From: a virus
Reading direction: 5' to 3' (one strand)
Length of the DNA: 64,000 nt
IMG/VR virus record: IMGVR_UViG_3300044835_000075
Coordinates: 43,375-107,374 of that record
Both the position numbers and the translations under genes were made by a program. Below the pieces are notes generated by a model. That model worked only from the letters and a program-made list of their open reading frames with translations, did not search any database and was not told the origin of the DNA. This document shows, one piece after another, positions 9,376 to 19,200 of this stretch (positions are counted from its first letter, which is position 1; every line of letters begins with the position of its first letter).

Positions 9376-9779
9376 TGGCCGTGACGTTCGCCGCGTTCAT
9401 GCTCGCGATGCTCACCGCCCACCAGCTCGGCGACCACTGGGTGCAGACCGACCACCAGGCCAACGGGAAGGGCGCCCGGGACTTCACCGGCGCCGTCCTG
9501 TGCGCGCGTCACGTCGGCACCTACACGGCCACGACGGCCGTGTTCGGGGCGCTGGCGTGGTGGGTGCTCGACCTCGACATCACCGTCGTCGGATTCGTCG
9601 CCGGGCAGGCCGTGTCGGCGCTCACGCACTACTGGGCTGACCGGCGCTTCACGCTCAAGTGGCTTGCCCGCAAGACTCGGCACGGCGCGTACTACGACCG
9701 GGGCGGCGCATACCAGCTCGACCAGGCCTACCACTGGTCGTGGCTGTTCGTCGCGGCCCTGCTGACCGCTGCCCTGTGA
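9375..9779 (+). CDS. DUF3307-like membrane protein
   Basis: HQLGDHWVQT, THYWAD, LDQAYH His/Asp motifs in TM helices. Confidence 0.8.
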   Translation: MAVTFAAFMLAMLTAHQLGDHWVQTDHQANGKGARDFTGAVLCARHVGTYTATTAVFGALAWWVLDLDITVVGFVAGQAVSALTHYWADRRFTLKWLARKTRHGAYYDRGGAYQLDQAYHWSWLFVAALLTAAL

Positions 9780-9785
9780 ATGCGG

Positions 9786-9823
9786 CAAACCCCCCTCGAC
9801 CGAGACCAGGTGAGGGGGGTTTG
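9786..9823. terminator. hairpin between convergent genes
   Basis: CAAACCCCCCTC...GAGGGGGGTTTG. Confidence 0.85.
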
Positions 9824-9833
9824 TCGTCGGGTG

Positions 9834-10097
9834 TTACGCGTCGGGGGAGTCCGGCGCGTCGGGGGTGGGGTTCGCCGCAGGCGCGAGGCCGGAGAGCTTC
9901 GCGGTCTCCGCGCGGATCGCGTCGGCGGTCTCGCTGTCGATATTCTCGTCGGCTGCGACGATGGCGTCGATGCGCTGCCCGAGGGCGACGATGGCGGTGT
10001 CCTGCTCGGCAATGGCGTCCTGGGCTTCGGACATGTGGCGCTCCAGTCTGTCGATACGGTGGAAGATCCTGATTTTGCTGAGCAATCGCTCGAACAC
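9834..10097 (-). CDS. small coiled-coil protein
   Basis: MFERLLSKIRIF...; GGAG RBS; ends at terminator. Confidence 0.6.
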   Translation of the reverse strand: MFERLLSKIRIFHRIDRLERHMSEAQDAIAEQDTAIVALGQRIDAIVAADENIDSETADAIRAETAKLSGLAPAANPTPDAPDSPDA

Positions 10098-10148
10098 GGT
10101 GCCACGATACTCCGCCCTGGCCTGCGGGAAAGCCTTCGACGCGCCGAG

Positions 10149-10190
10149 TTGACAAGCCGCTGCCAGCATGGTTGAATAATGATGTTCCGC
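10149..10190 (+). promoter_or_regulatory. class I promoter cassette TTGACA-17-TTGAAT plus GTTCCGC
   Basis: repeat motif. Confidence 0.85.
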
Positions 10191-10212
10191 AGACAACCCG
10201 AGGAGAACCGCC

Positions 10213-10470
10213 GTGGCCACCGAAACCGCCCAGTACCTGACCATCGACGCCACCACCACCGTCAACGACGTCGGCCCCGAGACCATGGACGCCCTCGAAA
10301 AGGCCACCCTCGACATCGTCGACGGCTGGTACGAGGGCGTACAGATCGACTGGGAAGACGTCTGGGACCGCCTCGACAACGCCGACCTCCCCGACGACCG
10401 CAAACTCGACCTGATCGTCATCCACGGCCCCGTCGTCAACGCCCTCAAGCGCCGAATCTACGGCCGCTGA
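10213..10470 (+). CDS. small acidic protein
   Basis: GAGGAG RBS. Confidence 0.75.
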   Translation: MATETAQYLTIDATTTVNDVGPETMDALEKATLDIVDGWYEGVQIDWEDVWDRLDNADLPDDRKLDLIVIHGPVVNALKRRIYGR

Positions 10471-10502
10471 ACAGCACCCGACCTCGACCGAAAGAGACCG
10501 TC

Positions 10503-10751
10503 GTGACCACCTGCTTGTGGCACCGCGCCGTGCCCGCCGTCGTCATCTGGGAGACCCAGGCCTGCCAGCGGGTGCCGCTCTGCGGCGACTGCCTCACCGA
10601 ATGGCGCAAGCGGTCCGCGACCACGCCGGAGACCGCGAAGATCTTCGGCTACCGCAAGCTCACCCATCTCAACCAGGACAACGAGGTGTCCGGCCAGATC
10701 GGCCGCCCCGTCCCGCTCACCTCCGCGCGCAAGCGCCGACCCCGAAAGTGA
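10503..10751 (+). CDS. small Cys-rich protein
   Basis: CLWH...LCGDC. Confidence 0.6.
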   Translation: MTTCLWHRAVPAVVIWETQACQRVPLCGDCLTEWRKRSATTPETAKIFGYRKLTHLNQDNEVSGQIGRPVPLTSARKRRPRK

Positions 10752-10759
10752 ACCCCGCC

Positions 10760-11005
10760 ATGCTCCGCGCCGTCATCATGTTCACCACCGCAGCCGCCGC
10801 CGTCCTCGCGCTCACGGCCTGCCAGCCGAACGCCCGCGACAACTCCGACTCTGTGATCGGCCAGGTCAATGGCGGCCCCGGGCTCAAAGGCGACGCCTAC
10901 GTCGAATGCGTCAACCCGGTGAACGTCTTCCACGTCTCCGTGGACCCGTCCCGCATCCACCTCATGCACGAGGGCGGCGTCTGCCCGGACGGACGGCACT
11001 GGTGA
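10760..11005 (+). CDS. small lipoprotein
   Basis: signal peptide with LTAC lipobox. Confidence 0.65.
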   Translation: MLRAVIMFTTAAAAVLALTACQPNARDNSDSVIGQVNGGPGLKGDAYVECVNPVNVFHVSVDPSRIHLMHEGGVCPDGRHW

Positions 11006-11172
11006 GCCTGCCCATCACGCTCACCCAAGAGCAGATGGACATCGTGAACGACGTCGTGATCCTCGACCCGGACCCGCCGTGGCGCGACAAGGTGCTCTCG
11101 ATCCCCGGCCGCCACATCGTGCGCGTCGACACCGTCGAGGAGTCGACGCCCTACCTCGAAGGCCTGCTCTAG
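11002..11172 (+). CDS. small hypothetical protein
   Basis: GTGA overlap. Confidence 0.55.
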   Translation: MSLPITLTQEQMDIVNDVVILDPDPPWRDKVLSIPGRHIVRVDTVEESTPYLEGLL

Positions 11173-12896
11173 GGAGCGAGGGAGAACCAGGCCAGACGGC
11201 CGGACGCGACGAACGACGCGGACACGTCGAGCGTTGTCGCGGGCAGTGCCGTCTGGCCTGACCGGCCGCCGGTGATCGTCTGCGCCGCCGTCGGGTTGAG
11301 CAGGTCCGGAGTCGGCGGCCCGGCCAGCGTGGAGACCGCCGGGTCCGTGCCCGCGTTGGTGTGGATGAACCCGAGGTAGACAAACTCGCCCTTGACGACC
11401 GTGAGCGCCGAGATCACCAGCTCTTTGAGCCCCACCGCGCCGAACGACGAGGTGACGACGGTGTCGGCGATGACCTTGGTCAGCGCCGCCCGGTTCGTGC
11501 CCTTCCACAGGGCCATGGTCACGATTCCCGGCGAGCCGACCGCACCCCGGCAGTGGAAGCGCAGCTTGGTCGCGGTGAACGTCGACCGGAGCGCGAGCCC
11601 GCCGTAGATCGTCGACCAGCCGTTGCTCAGTGAGTCCTGGCTGGTCGCCGCGTAGCGCGGCATGGACTCGAAGAAGTCACCGAGGATCGCCGAGTCCGTC
11701 GAGGCGATGGCCTCGTCGTCGAGGTTGGTCTGAAGGTTCGTGACATCGGCGATCGTGTGCACGTGGGCGAGGGGCGTCCGCGCGTCGGACAGGCGCGAGT
11801 CATTGCCGATCGCCACCGTGCTCGACGTCGCGCCGGTCGGGATCTGCGCGATCGGGATCTTGGTCGAGCCGTCCAGCGTCGCCACCCCGGACGCGGCGGC
11901 ACGCTGGGTGAGCGGGATCTGCAACGCGATGGCCGTGGCCTGCGCGGTGCTGACCGGCTTCGCGGTGTCGGCGGTGTTGTCGACGCTGCCCAGGCCGACG
12001 TTCGACTTGGCGAGCACGACCACGCCGGTCTGCCCGTTCACCGAGGTGACCGCGTCCGGCGGGGTGGGCAGGAGTTTCCAGTTCGCCAGCGTCGAGGCGG
12101 GTGCGGCGGCAAGGATGTAGGTGACCGACGTGTCAGTCCGCACCGCGACATCGCCGCGCTCCGCAGTCAGCGCCAGCATGGCCGTCTGGCTGGCCACCGT
12201 GAACACGTCCGTGATCGACAGCGACGGCAGGGCCGAGGTCGCGATCAGGCCCGACGCGTCGAGTCCCGCCACCCCGTTGACCGCGTTGATCCGCGCGTTC
12301 GAAACGTATGAGCCGTCGATCGGATCCGCACCGCCCGGCGCGTGCCTGCTGGCGTGCGCGGGCGGGTGGTTCTCCAACGTCACCGTGCGCGCTGTGAGCG
12401 CGTCGAGGGCGACCTGGGTGGCGTACCCGGCGCCGATCTCCGTGAGGTCGTCGGCGGTGAGCGCCACGTTGCCGTCCAGACCCGGGAACACCCCGGCCAC
12501 CGAGCGGACCCGGAACTGCGACTCGCCGACGGTGTCGACGCGGGTCAACGCGCGCAGCGTGACCGCCGGTACGGCCGCGTCCAGCACGACACTCCAGGTA
12601 TCGCGCACCCACGCGTCGACACCGAGCGCGCCGGAGGATCCGGGCGGACCGAGGATGAGGGTGACCTCGTAGGTCCAGCCCTGCGGGGTGACGCCGGTGG
12701 AGTTGGGCGCGATCAGGACGACAGTCAGGTTGCCGCCGCTGATGCGCGCCACGACCGGGTTCCTCGTGATCGTTCCGTCCGGCGTCTTCGACGTCACCGA
12801 CGGCCGGAACTCGGCGCGCCCGTCGAGGGGTGCACCGCCGCTGTCGGTGAAGTAGTCGGTGATGGTGACGGTCTGCGGAACGAACGGCGAGGGCAC
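11169..12896 (-). CDS. tail fibre / minor tail protein
   Basis: VTSVNGQTGVVVL, VGLGSVDNTAD, HVHTIADV fibre repeats. Confidence 0.8.
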   Translation of the reverse strand: MPSPFVPQTVTITDYFTDSGGAPLDGRAEFRPSVTSKTPDGTITRNPVVARISGGNLTVVLIAPNSTGVTPQGWTYEVTLILGPPGSSGALGVDAWVRDTWSVVLDAAVPAVTLRALTRVDTVGESQFRVRSVAGVFPGLDGNVALTADDLTEIGAGYATQVALDALTARTVTLENHPPAHASRHAPGGADPIDGSYVSNARINAVNGVAGLDASGLIATSALPSLSITDVFTVASQTAMLALTAERGDVAVRTDTSVTYILAAAPASTLANWKLLPTPPDAVTSVNGQTGVVVLAKSNVGLGSVDNTADTAKPVSTAQATAIALQIPLTQRAAASGVATLDGSTKIPIAQIPTGATSSTVAIGNDSRLSDARTPLAHVHTIADVTNLQTNLDDEAIASTDSAILGDFFESMPRYAATSQDSLSNGWSTIYGGLALRSTFTATKLRFHCRGAVGSPGIVTMALWKGTNRAALTKVIADTVVTSSFGAVGLKELVISALTVVKGEFVYLGFIHTNAGTDPAVSTLAGPPTPDLLNPTAAQTITGGRSGQTALPATTLDVSASFVASGRLAWFSLAP

Positions 12897-12908
12897 GGGG
12901 TCTCCTGC

Positions 12909-13118
12909 TTACGGCTCGGGGTCGGGTTCCGGCGTGACGATGTTCAACTCGACACCGTACGGAACGGTGCGGGTGGTGACGCCCTGGTCGAGTGCCCACC
13001 TCACCATGAGGTCGACATGAGTGGGGCCGAACTGGGTTTCGGTGACGGTGTAGACGAGGTTGTCGTCGGCGTCGAGCAGCTGGTCGCCGACCAGGAAGTC
13101 CTCAGTGAGTTTCGACAT
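12909..13118 (-). CDS. small hypothetical protein
   Basis: intact ORF within the tail cassette. Confidence 0.65.
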   Translation of the reverse strand: MSKLTEDFLVGDQLLDADDNLVYTVTETQFGPTHVDLMVRWALDQGVTTRTVPYGVELNIVTPEPDPEP

Positions 13119-13167
13119 GGGCTCATCATCAAGTACGCCAGGTCAGCGGCCGCATTCGGCGCGCCGG

Positions 13168-13860
13168 TCACGCGGCGAAGAAGAACGACGACGGTCGGAA
13201 CGTCGGTCCGTTCGGCGGCTCGGCTTCCGTCGCCGGAGTGGTGGCGTTGGCGACCAGGTGGTGCACGTTGCCGGAGTGGTCGGTGAGGTCTGTCGCGACC
13301 GTGAGTGGCCAGTTCGCGAACAAGGCCGCTGTGACAACCGGCGTCGTCGACGCCCATTCGGCCTCGATCTGCGCTTGCGTGAGCACACTGGACCAGATAC
13401 GGGCCTGCGACAGCCGCATGTCGCAGTACTCGGTCGCGTCCGTCGGCGAACGGGCGCCGAAAGTGCAGCCGGTCGGCGTCCCGCCGGGGGTGATCGTCGC
13501 CGTGTAGAGGACGGTCGTGCCGGTGGCGCCGATCATGTACAGCTTGCCGGACGTGCCGGTCAGCGTGTAGCCGACGCGGTACCAGTTGCCTGCCGTCATC
13601 GTCGGACCCGTCGCGGTACCCGAGGCCGAGTAGAGGCCCATCGCGGTGCCGGAGGCCAGCGCGCCTAGGGTCAGCGTGGTGTTCGCGCCCGCCCCGTTGT
13701 GAATGCGGAGCAGGTCGGACCAGCCGTTGGGGCTGGCCTGCGCGCCGGTGACGAAGTAGACCCACGCGGTGAAGGTGATGCCCGATCCGGGCGGCGGGAT
13801 GGCGGCCGTACACGTGAGCCGGTTCGCGCCGCTGGTTGCCTTGTCGAATCGGACGCTCAT
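13168..13860 (-). CDS. LamG/concanavalin-A-like virion protein
   Basis: ITFTAWV...WYRVGYT...ARIWSSVLTQAQI pattern. Confidence 0.75.
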   Translation of the reverse strand: MSVRFDKATSGANRLTCTAAIPPPGSGITFTAWVYFVTGAQASPNGWSDLLRIHNGAGANTTLTLGALASGTAMGLYSASGTATGPTMTAGNWYRVGYTLTGTSGKLYMIGATGTTVLYTATITPGGTPTGCTFGARSPTDATEYCDMRLSQARIWSSVLTQAQIEAEWASTTPVVTAALFANWPLTVATDLTDHSGNVHHLVANATTPATEAEPPNGPTFRPSSFFFAA

Positions 13861-13861
13861 G

Positions 13862-16800
13862 TCACACGCTCGGCTCGAAGGCGATGACGCACCACCGCGC
13901 GCCGCCGGTGTAGCTGGCGTCGTAGATGGCGGTCATATAGCAGACCTTGCTGGCCGTAGTGACCGGCGTGGTGTTCGCGATCTGCGAGCCGAGCACGAAG
14001 CCGCCGGTGCCTGTGGCCAGGGTGAACGACCGGCCGCCGGTGGCGTCCTGGCGGAAGCGCCATGTTCTGCGCATACCGTCGCGGGCGTTCGTCGGGGCGC
14101 CGAGTATCCGGGTGTTGCCGATCGCCGAGGTCGCGTCGAGCGCGAAGACATCGGCCGCGCTGGCGTCGGTGGCGACGGTCGCCGCGTCGACCAGCGCGCC
14201 CGGTGTCGGGGCGGTCAGCGGTCGAGCGGCTCCGGCGGTGCCGAGCCAGAGCAGATCGCCGCCGCTGGCGTAGAGCACGCCGCCGCCGGTCGGGTTGCCG
14301 GTGGGCGGTGTGGTGGCGTTGGCCAGCGCGACGACACCGACGCCGCCGGACAACTGCGAAGTCTTGAGCCGGAGGTCGCCCTGCACGTGGGCGGTGCTGT
14401 CGAGGACGATCGTCTGCCCGGCCGACGTGGTTCCGGCGGCGGGCCCGAGGTTGTGGGACCAGACGCCGCCGGTGATGGCCGAGGCGGATTGGAACAGCGC
14501 CCCGGTGAGGTTGCCGTTCAGGTTGTTGTCGAGCACGGTGCCGGTGGCGATGGTGCCCGGCGAGGTGACGTAAATGCCGTAGGTCTGCGTCTTGGTGGTC
14601 TGGTTGTCCCACAGGCGGTTGCCGACGATGGTCGGGGAGTTGCATGGGCTGGCTATGGACAGGCCTGCGCGAAGGTCGGTGGTCTGCGCGGTCGCGGTGC
14701 CGTTGTTGCGGATGCGGTTGCTGATGATCGAGCTGTCGGTGAAGGTCGATCCGATGTGGATTCCGGCTTGGCCGTTGGCGAAGATCTCGTTGTCGGCGAG
14801 GGTGATCTCCTGCGCGACGGCGGCGGAGGTGATGGGGTTGGCGAAGTTGATGCCGTGGCGGACGTTGTCGTGGATCTGGTTGCCCTGGACCACGTAGCGG
14901 CTGATGCCGTCGCCGATGGTGAGACCGTCGGTTCCGTTGCCGTTGATGACGCATCCGTTGATGACGCCGCCCTTGCCGACGGTGGTGCCGACGCCGTTTT
15001 TGGAGACGTCGAATCCGGCGGCGGTGTTGTTGATCATCGTGCAGCCTTGCACGATAAGGCCGTCCGCGCCCCAGTCGGAGATGCCCCGCACATTGGCCTC
15101 GACGTGGCAGCCGATGATCCGGATGCCGCGCGGCGGAGTCCACGCTGCGTTCTGGAGTTCGACGAAGATGCCGGATGTCCCGTTGCTCTTCGCGATGCAG
15201 TCGATGACGGTGGTGCGCTCGATGTCACCCCAGCCGCCGATGCCGATCCCGATTCCGGCGCCGCCTGCCTGGGTGCCGTTGTTCAGCCGTCCGTTGCTGT
15301 TGGCGACGACGCGCTCGATGATGCTGTCTTGCAGGAAGTCGCAGCCGAGTCCGGTCGCGCCGCATCCGTGGATGTAGAGGTTCGAGAACCTCGCACGGAC
15401 CATGTATTGCAGCACGAACGCCTTGGCGCCGGTGGAGTAGCTGGCCAACGAGACGCCGGATCCGTCGACCTCGAAGTCGGCAAAAACGCAGTCGGTGAGA
15501 GGCGCGGAAGTGCTGGCGCCGTCGAACGCGGCGGTGTAACTGGCGAAAGGTGTGGGATTGGCAGTGGCTACGGGGTTGCTCAGCAGGATCCGGCTTGTGC
15601 CCGGCCCGGCGCCGCGTACGCCGACGCCGGATTTCCAAACGATGCCGCCGTCCTTCACCGCGTAGTTACCAGCCGGTAGGTAGATCATGCGGGGACGGCC
15701 GTCTGCCGCGTACGCCGTGCCGAGCGTGTTGACCAGCGTCTGAAACGCAGCCTTGTTGTTCGTCGTCCCATCGCCCACGATGCCGTAATCGGTGGCGTTG
15801 TACTCCACGGCCGCGCTGCCCGCCGGGCCGGTCGCCCCCGTAGCGCCCGTCGCCCCGGTCGCACCGACGGCCCCGCCGAGCCCCATCGCCCCGACCCACG
15901 GGACAGCGCCGAGCACAGCCGCCCCCTCGCGGACCGGGTGAGTGTTGTCGGTCGAGACGAGATCGGCCAGCATAGTCGACGGCGCGGCCGGGTTGCGGAT
16001 CGCGAGATCGAAGTCGAACACGGCTTCCAAGCCGTCTGGAACAGCGCGCATGAACGCGTTGAACGCGACCCGGTTCGTCTCCGGCGTGCCGGTCAGGGAG
16101 CGCGGCGGAATGGTGCACCCGAAGATCCGCTTGATGCCCAGTCCGCGCAGGTTGGTGACCATGGTGGCGTAGTTCGCGATGATCGTCGACAGGCTCGTGC
16201 CGAGGTTCAGGTCGTTGCTGGCCATGCTGCCGATGATCGCGACGTCCGGCACGGTGGTGGCGAGGTCGAAACGGGCGAACGGACGGGCCGTGGTGGACGT
16301 CCAGTCGGTGGTGGCGGAGCCGTTGAGCCCGGCATTGATGACGTGGAAGCCCTGCCGTGTCGCCCACTTCGAGGGCCACGCGTCGAGTGGGTCGTTCAGG
16401 GCGCGCGGCGCGGCGGAGAGGTCGCCGGTGGGCGTGTATCCGGACTCGCCGGACGCCCCGATGACGAGCGCCACGAGGTCGTCGGTGTTGGCCTGGAATT
16501 CGTATTCGAGCCGGATGTCGAACATGAATCCGGAGTAGTTGTAGCCGCTGCCCGGGACGCCGACCCCGGCCTGTCCGGCCGAGGCGCCGCCGTACTGGAT
16601 GCCGCCGTAGCAGTCGGACATGAGGACGCCGGACCCACCGGCGCCGGGGGTGGCGCCGAGAGACAGGACGAACGGGGTGAGTTCCTTGATCTCTCCGGCG
16701 TTGGTGATCCAGCCGGTGGTGAGGTCGGGGGTGGCGCCGGAGGTGGGGAGCGCGCCGCCGCCGCTGTAGACCTGCACGGGGCTGGCCATGTTCCCGAGCC

Positions 16801-17155
16801 ACTTGCCGTTGTGCGCGGTGTCGTCGTAGAGAGGTGTGCCGATCCAGAGCGAGTTGAGGGTAATCGGGGTACCCGCGTAGGCGCCGTTCTGCGCGCCGAC
16901 GTTGGCGATCTTGAACCGGTAGCGGGTCGGCGTGGCGTTGATGACGTTGAGCGCGCGGGCGGTGATCTGGTTGGAACCGATCGCCAGCGGCGGCTGATTC
17001 GCGGACCCGAACGTCAGGTCGACGCGTTTGGTGACCGTGGCCACCGGCGTACCCGGCGCGCCCGGCGTACCCGGCGCGCCGGTCGCCCCCGCAGCGCCCG
17101 CCGCGCCGGTGGCGCCAGTCGGCCCCCGGAGATTGCCGCTTATCGTCCACGTCAT
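13862..17155 (-). CDS. multidomain tailspike: collagen-like repeats, SGNH-like esterase, right-handed beta-helix
   Basis: GXY repeats; INAGLNG, ASND, DNTHP; YGIVGDGTTNN...YLPAGNY then Asn/Gly-rich parallel beta-helix repeats. Confidence 0.85.
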   Translation of the reverse strand: MTWTISGNLRGPTGATGAAGAAGATGAPGTPGAPGTPVATVTKRVDLTFGSANQPPLAIGSNQITARALNVINATPTRYRFKIANVGAQNGAYAGTPITLNSLWIGTPLYDDTAHNGKWLGNMASPVQVYSGGGALPTSGATPDLTTGWITNAGEIKELTPFVLSLGATPGAGGSGVLMSDCYGGIQYGGASAGQAGVGVPGSGYNYSGFMFDIRLEYEFQANTDDLVALVIGASGESGYTPTGDLSAAPRALNDPLDAWPSKWATRQGFHVINAGLNGSATTDWTSTTARPFARFDLATTVPDVAIIGSMASNDLNLGTSLSTIIANYATMVTNLRGLGIKRIFGCTIPPRSLTGTPETNRVAFNAFMRAVPDGLEAVFDFDLAIRNPAAPSTMLADLVSTDNTHPVREGAAVLGAVPWVGAMGLGGAVGATGATGATGATGPAGSAAVEYNATDYGIVGDGTTNNKAAFQTLVNTLGTAYAADGRPRMIYLPAGNYAVKDGGIVWKSGVGVRGAGPGTSRILLSNPVATANPTPFASYTAAFDGASTSAPLTDCVFADFEVDGSGVSLASYSTGAKAFVLQYMVRARFSNLYIHGCGATGLGCDFLQDSIIERVVANSNGRLNNGTQAGGAGIGIGIGGWGDIERTTVIDCIAKSNGTSGIFVELQNAAWTPPRGIRIIGCHVEANVRGISDWGADGLIVQGCTMINNTAAGFDVSKNGVGTTVGKGGVINGCVINGNGTDGLTIGDGISRYVVQGNQIHDNVRHGINFANPITSAAVAQEITLADNEIFANGQAGIHIGSTFTDSSIISNRIRNNGTATAQTTDLRAGLSIASPCNSPTIVGNRLWDNQTTKTQTYGIYVTSPGTIATGTVLDNNLNGNLTGALFQSASAITGGVWSHNLGPAAGTTSAGQTIVLDSTAHVQGDLRLKTSQLSGGVGVVALANATTPPTGNPTGGGVLYASGGDLLWLGTAGAARPLTAPTPGALVDAATVATDASAADVFALDATSAIGNTRILGAPTNARDGMRRTWRFRQDATGGRSFTLATGTGGFVLGSQIANTTPVTTASKVCYMTAIYDASYTGGARWCVIAFEPSV

Positions 17156-17200
17156 GCGCGGAAGACTACGGGCGGCCGGGGGCCGAGAGGGTGAGGCGCG

Positions 17201-17566
17201 CTAGCTGACCGGCGTCTTCGCCGCCTCCGTCGGCTTGTGCGGGTCGCCGTACTGCGGTGTCCGGTCGTCGACGTAGTAGTACGTCTTGCCGCCGTCGTGC
17301 GACATCGCGGCCGAGTCCCGCGTCGACTGCCACAGCGGGGTGCTGCTCATCTCGCTTCGGTCCTGCCACTCCTCCGGATCGGCAGTCAGCGGAGTGAGCG
17401 GCCGGAATGCCAGCAGGTCAGCGAGCTGTTCGGTGGCGACCATCATGGATCCGCCGGAGTGCCCGAAGGAGGTGAGCGCGGCGATGGCCGCGACCAGTGA
17501 GGCCGAGTAGGCCGGGTCCTCGCCGAGCAGTTCGAGTTCGCGGCGGGCGTGGTCAACGAGGCTCAC
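17201..17566 (-). CDS. conserved phage hypothetical protein
   Basis: SLVDHARREL...GHSGGS...PLTPLT motif. Confidence 0.7.
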   Translation of the reverse strand: MSLVDHARRELELLGEDPAYSASLVAAIAALTSFGHSGGSMMVATEQLADLLAFRPLTPLTADPEEWQDRSEMSSTPLWQSTRDSAAMSHDGGKTYYYVDDRTPQYGDPHKPTEAAKTPVS

Positions 17567-17790
17567 GGGGTGTCGCCTTTCAGGGTCGGGAAGTCCTCGC
17601 ACTGGTGTGCCTGGAACGCTTCTTCGAGGGCCGCGAGGGCGCGGTCCTGTTCGGTGTCCCCTTCCGCTTCGGTGAGCTGTTCGGCGTCGACAAGGTGCGT
17701 CCACGCGCAGTCTGCGCAGCGGGCGCCGGTCGAGTCCTTGTCGACGACGTAGGAGCCGTGCCGCCGGGGCTGCTTCTCGGGTTCCGTCAT
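17563..17790 (-). CDS. small Zn-ribbon-like protein
   Basis: CADC...HQC; overlapping start/stop. Confidence 0.6.
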   Translation of the reverse strand: MTEPEKQPRRHGSYVVDKDSTGARCADCAWTHLVDAEQLTEAEGDTEQDRALAALEEAFQAHQCEDFPTLKGDTP

Positions 17791-17972
17791 AGGCCCATCC
17801 CTTCGATGTCCTTCGCCGTGATCCGGATGGACCACAGGCCGGTCTTGGGGTCGGCGGGCGCGGTGGTGCCGATGTTGACGCTCTCGCCGTCGTCGTTCTC
17901 GACCTCGACGAACACCGAGTCGGGATTGTCCTCGTTCGCGCGGAAGATGATGTTGATCGCGGGCTCGGTCAC
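17787..17972 (-). CDS. small hypothetical protein
   Basis: overlaps at both ends. Confidence 0.6.
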   Translation of the reverse strand: MTEPAINIIFRANEDNPDSVFVEVENDDGESVNIGTTAPADPKTGLWSIRITAKDIEGMGL

Positions 17973-19159
17973 AGCAGCGGCTCCGCCGGTGCGGGCATCT
18001 CGGAAAGCTCCTTCATGACCCACGACGCGCGCGTCGCGTCGGCCATGCTGTGGCGGCCCAGGCCGCACGCGGTGGCGACCGCGACGGCCTGCCGACCGGC
18101 GGCCTCCTCGAACAGAGTGAGCGCCTTGCGCGAGGCCTCGGGGTTGTTCTCGTCGACGACCCCGGCGACCAGGTCGTAGGAGTCCGAGAGGCGCGCGAGG
18201 CCCTCGTAGAACGCGGGGTCGAGCGGCGGCGGCTGGTGGCCGAACGCGGCCGGGATGTGCGTCCTCGGGGTCTTCGCGCCGACGGCCTTCAACTCCACTT
18301 CGAGCGGGTTGAGGAACATCGTGACCTCATCCATCGACGACGGGTCGATGACCTGCTCGTCGTCGAGGTTGCCGTAGCACAGGTGCAGCCAGAGGGCGGG
18401 CACCCAGAGGGTCGAGATGAACGACGCGACCTGCTTGGCCAGCAGCTTCGCCAGCGTCGGGCGCATCCAGCGCGGGACCAGGTTGAGCGCGTAGAGCACG
18501 GCGGGGCTTTCGAGGTTCCACACGATCGGCACTTCGGCGTCGGAACCGTCCATGGGCAGCGGCACGCCGGAGTCCGTGGAGTACACCTCGTTGTCGGCGA
18601 ACGCCTGCACTTTGGCGGTGTCGTTGACGGCGGCGGTGATGAACTTCCGCAGGTGGCGCAGCGCGAGGTAGGCGCCGCGCAGGGTGCGGATCGGGTGGCG
18701 CTTGAAATCGACCTTGCCGCAGAAGACGAACAGCGCGAGGTCGAGCGGGTTGGGCAGGCTCAGTTGCAGCGGCGGCAGGGCGCCGTCGGTGGTCTCCGAC
18801 CGGAGTTCGCGGTAGGCGTTGATGACGCCGACGAGCTTGTAGTAGCGGTCCATCGAGACGTCGAGGGCGTTGAGCTTGTGGCCTTTGGCGACGCGGTAGA
18901 TGGGCATCTGGTCGTAGTTCGACGAGTCACCGGCGCGCAGGGTGCGGAAGGCGTGGCCTTCGCGGGTGTCGGCGCCGAGGTGGTCGAGGTAGTCGATGAT
19001 CCACCGGGTGTCGATGTCGCATGGGACGGAGTCGAAACTGCGGTCGTACTCGTCGGCGTACTCGTCGATGCTGATGGCCCAGGCCATGGCGGCCTTCGGT
19101 CCCTGGTCGGTGAGTTCGGCGGGCAGGCTGCCGACGTAGTGGAGTTGGCGCGGGGGCAC
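17969..19159 (-). CDS. cobalamin-independent methionine synthase (MetE)-like single-barrel protein
   Basis: HYVGSLP, LQLSLPNP, LHLCYG, LVAGVV, ATACGLGR motifs; GGAAGGA RBS before GTG. Confidence 0.75.
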   Translation of the reverse strand: MPPRQLHYVGSLPAELTDQGPKAAMAWAISIDEYADEYDRSFDSVPCDIDTRWIIDYLDHLGADTREGHAFRTLRAGDSSNYDQMPIYRVAKGHKLNALDVSMDRYYKLVGVINAYRELRSETTDGALPPLQLSLPNPLDLALFVFCGKVDFKRHPIRTLRGAYLALRHLRKFITAAVNDTAKVQAFADNEVYSTDSGVPLPMDGSDAEVPIVWNLESPAVLYALNLVPRWMRPTLAKLLAKQVASFISTLWVPALWLHLCYGNLDDEQVIDPSSMDEVTMFLNPLEVELKAVGAKTPRTHIPAAFGHQPPPLDPAFYEGLARLSDSYDLVAGVVDENNPEASRKALTLFEEAAGRQAVAVATACGLGRHSMADATRASWVMKELSEMPAPAEPLL

Positions 19160-19200
19160 TGGCGTCCTTCCGGTCGTGATTCGCGAATCGCGATTCGTGG

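Noticed and set aside
17044-17079. 18-bp tandem repeat
   Set aside because: Encodes GAPGTP collagen-like repeats; explained by the protein
11169-17155. Diversity-generating retroelement or invertible tail-fibre switch
   Set aside because: No reverse transcriptase, recombinase, template/variable repeat pair or flanking inverted sites seen
13769-17194. Long antisense and alternate-frame ORFs (e.g. 13769..15679, also 26232..28334, 60221..61612)
   Set aside because: Expected shadows of high-GC coding sequence; Arg/Gly/Pro-rich, no RBS or domain motifs
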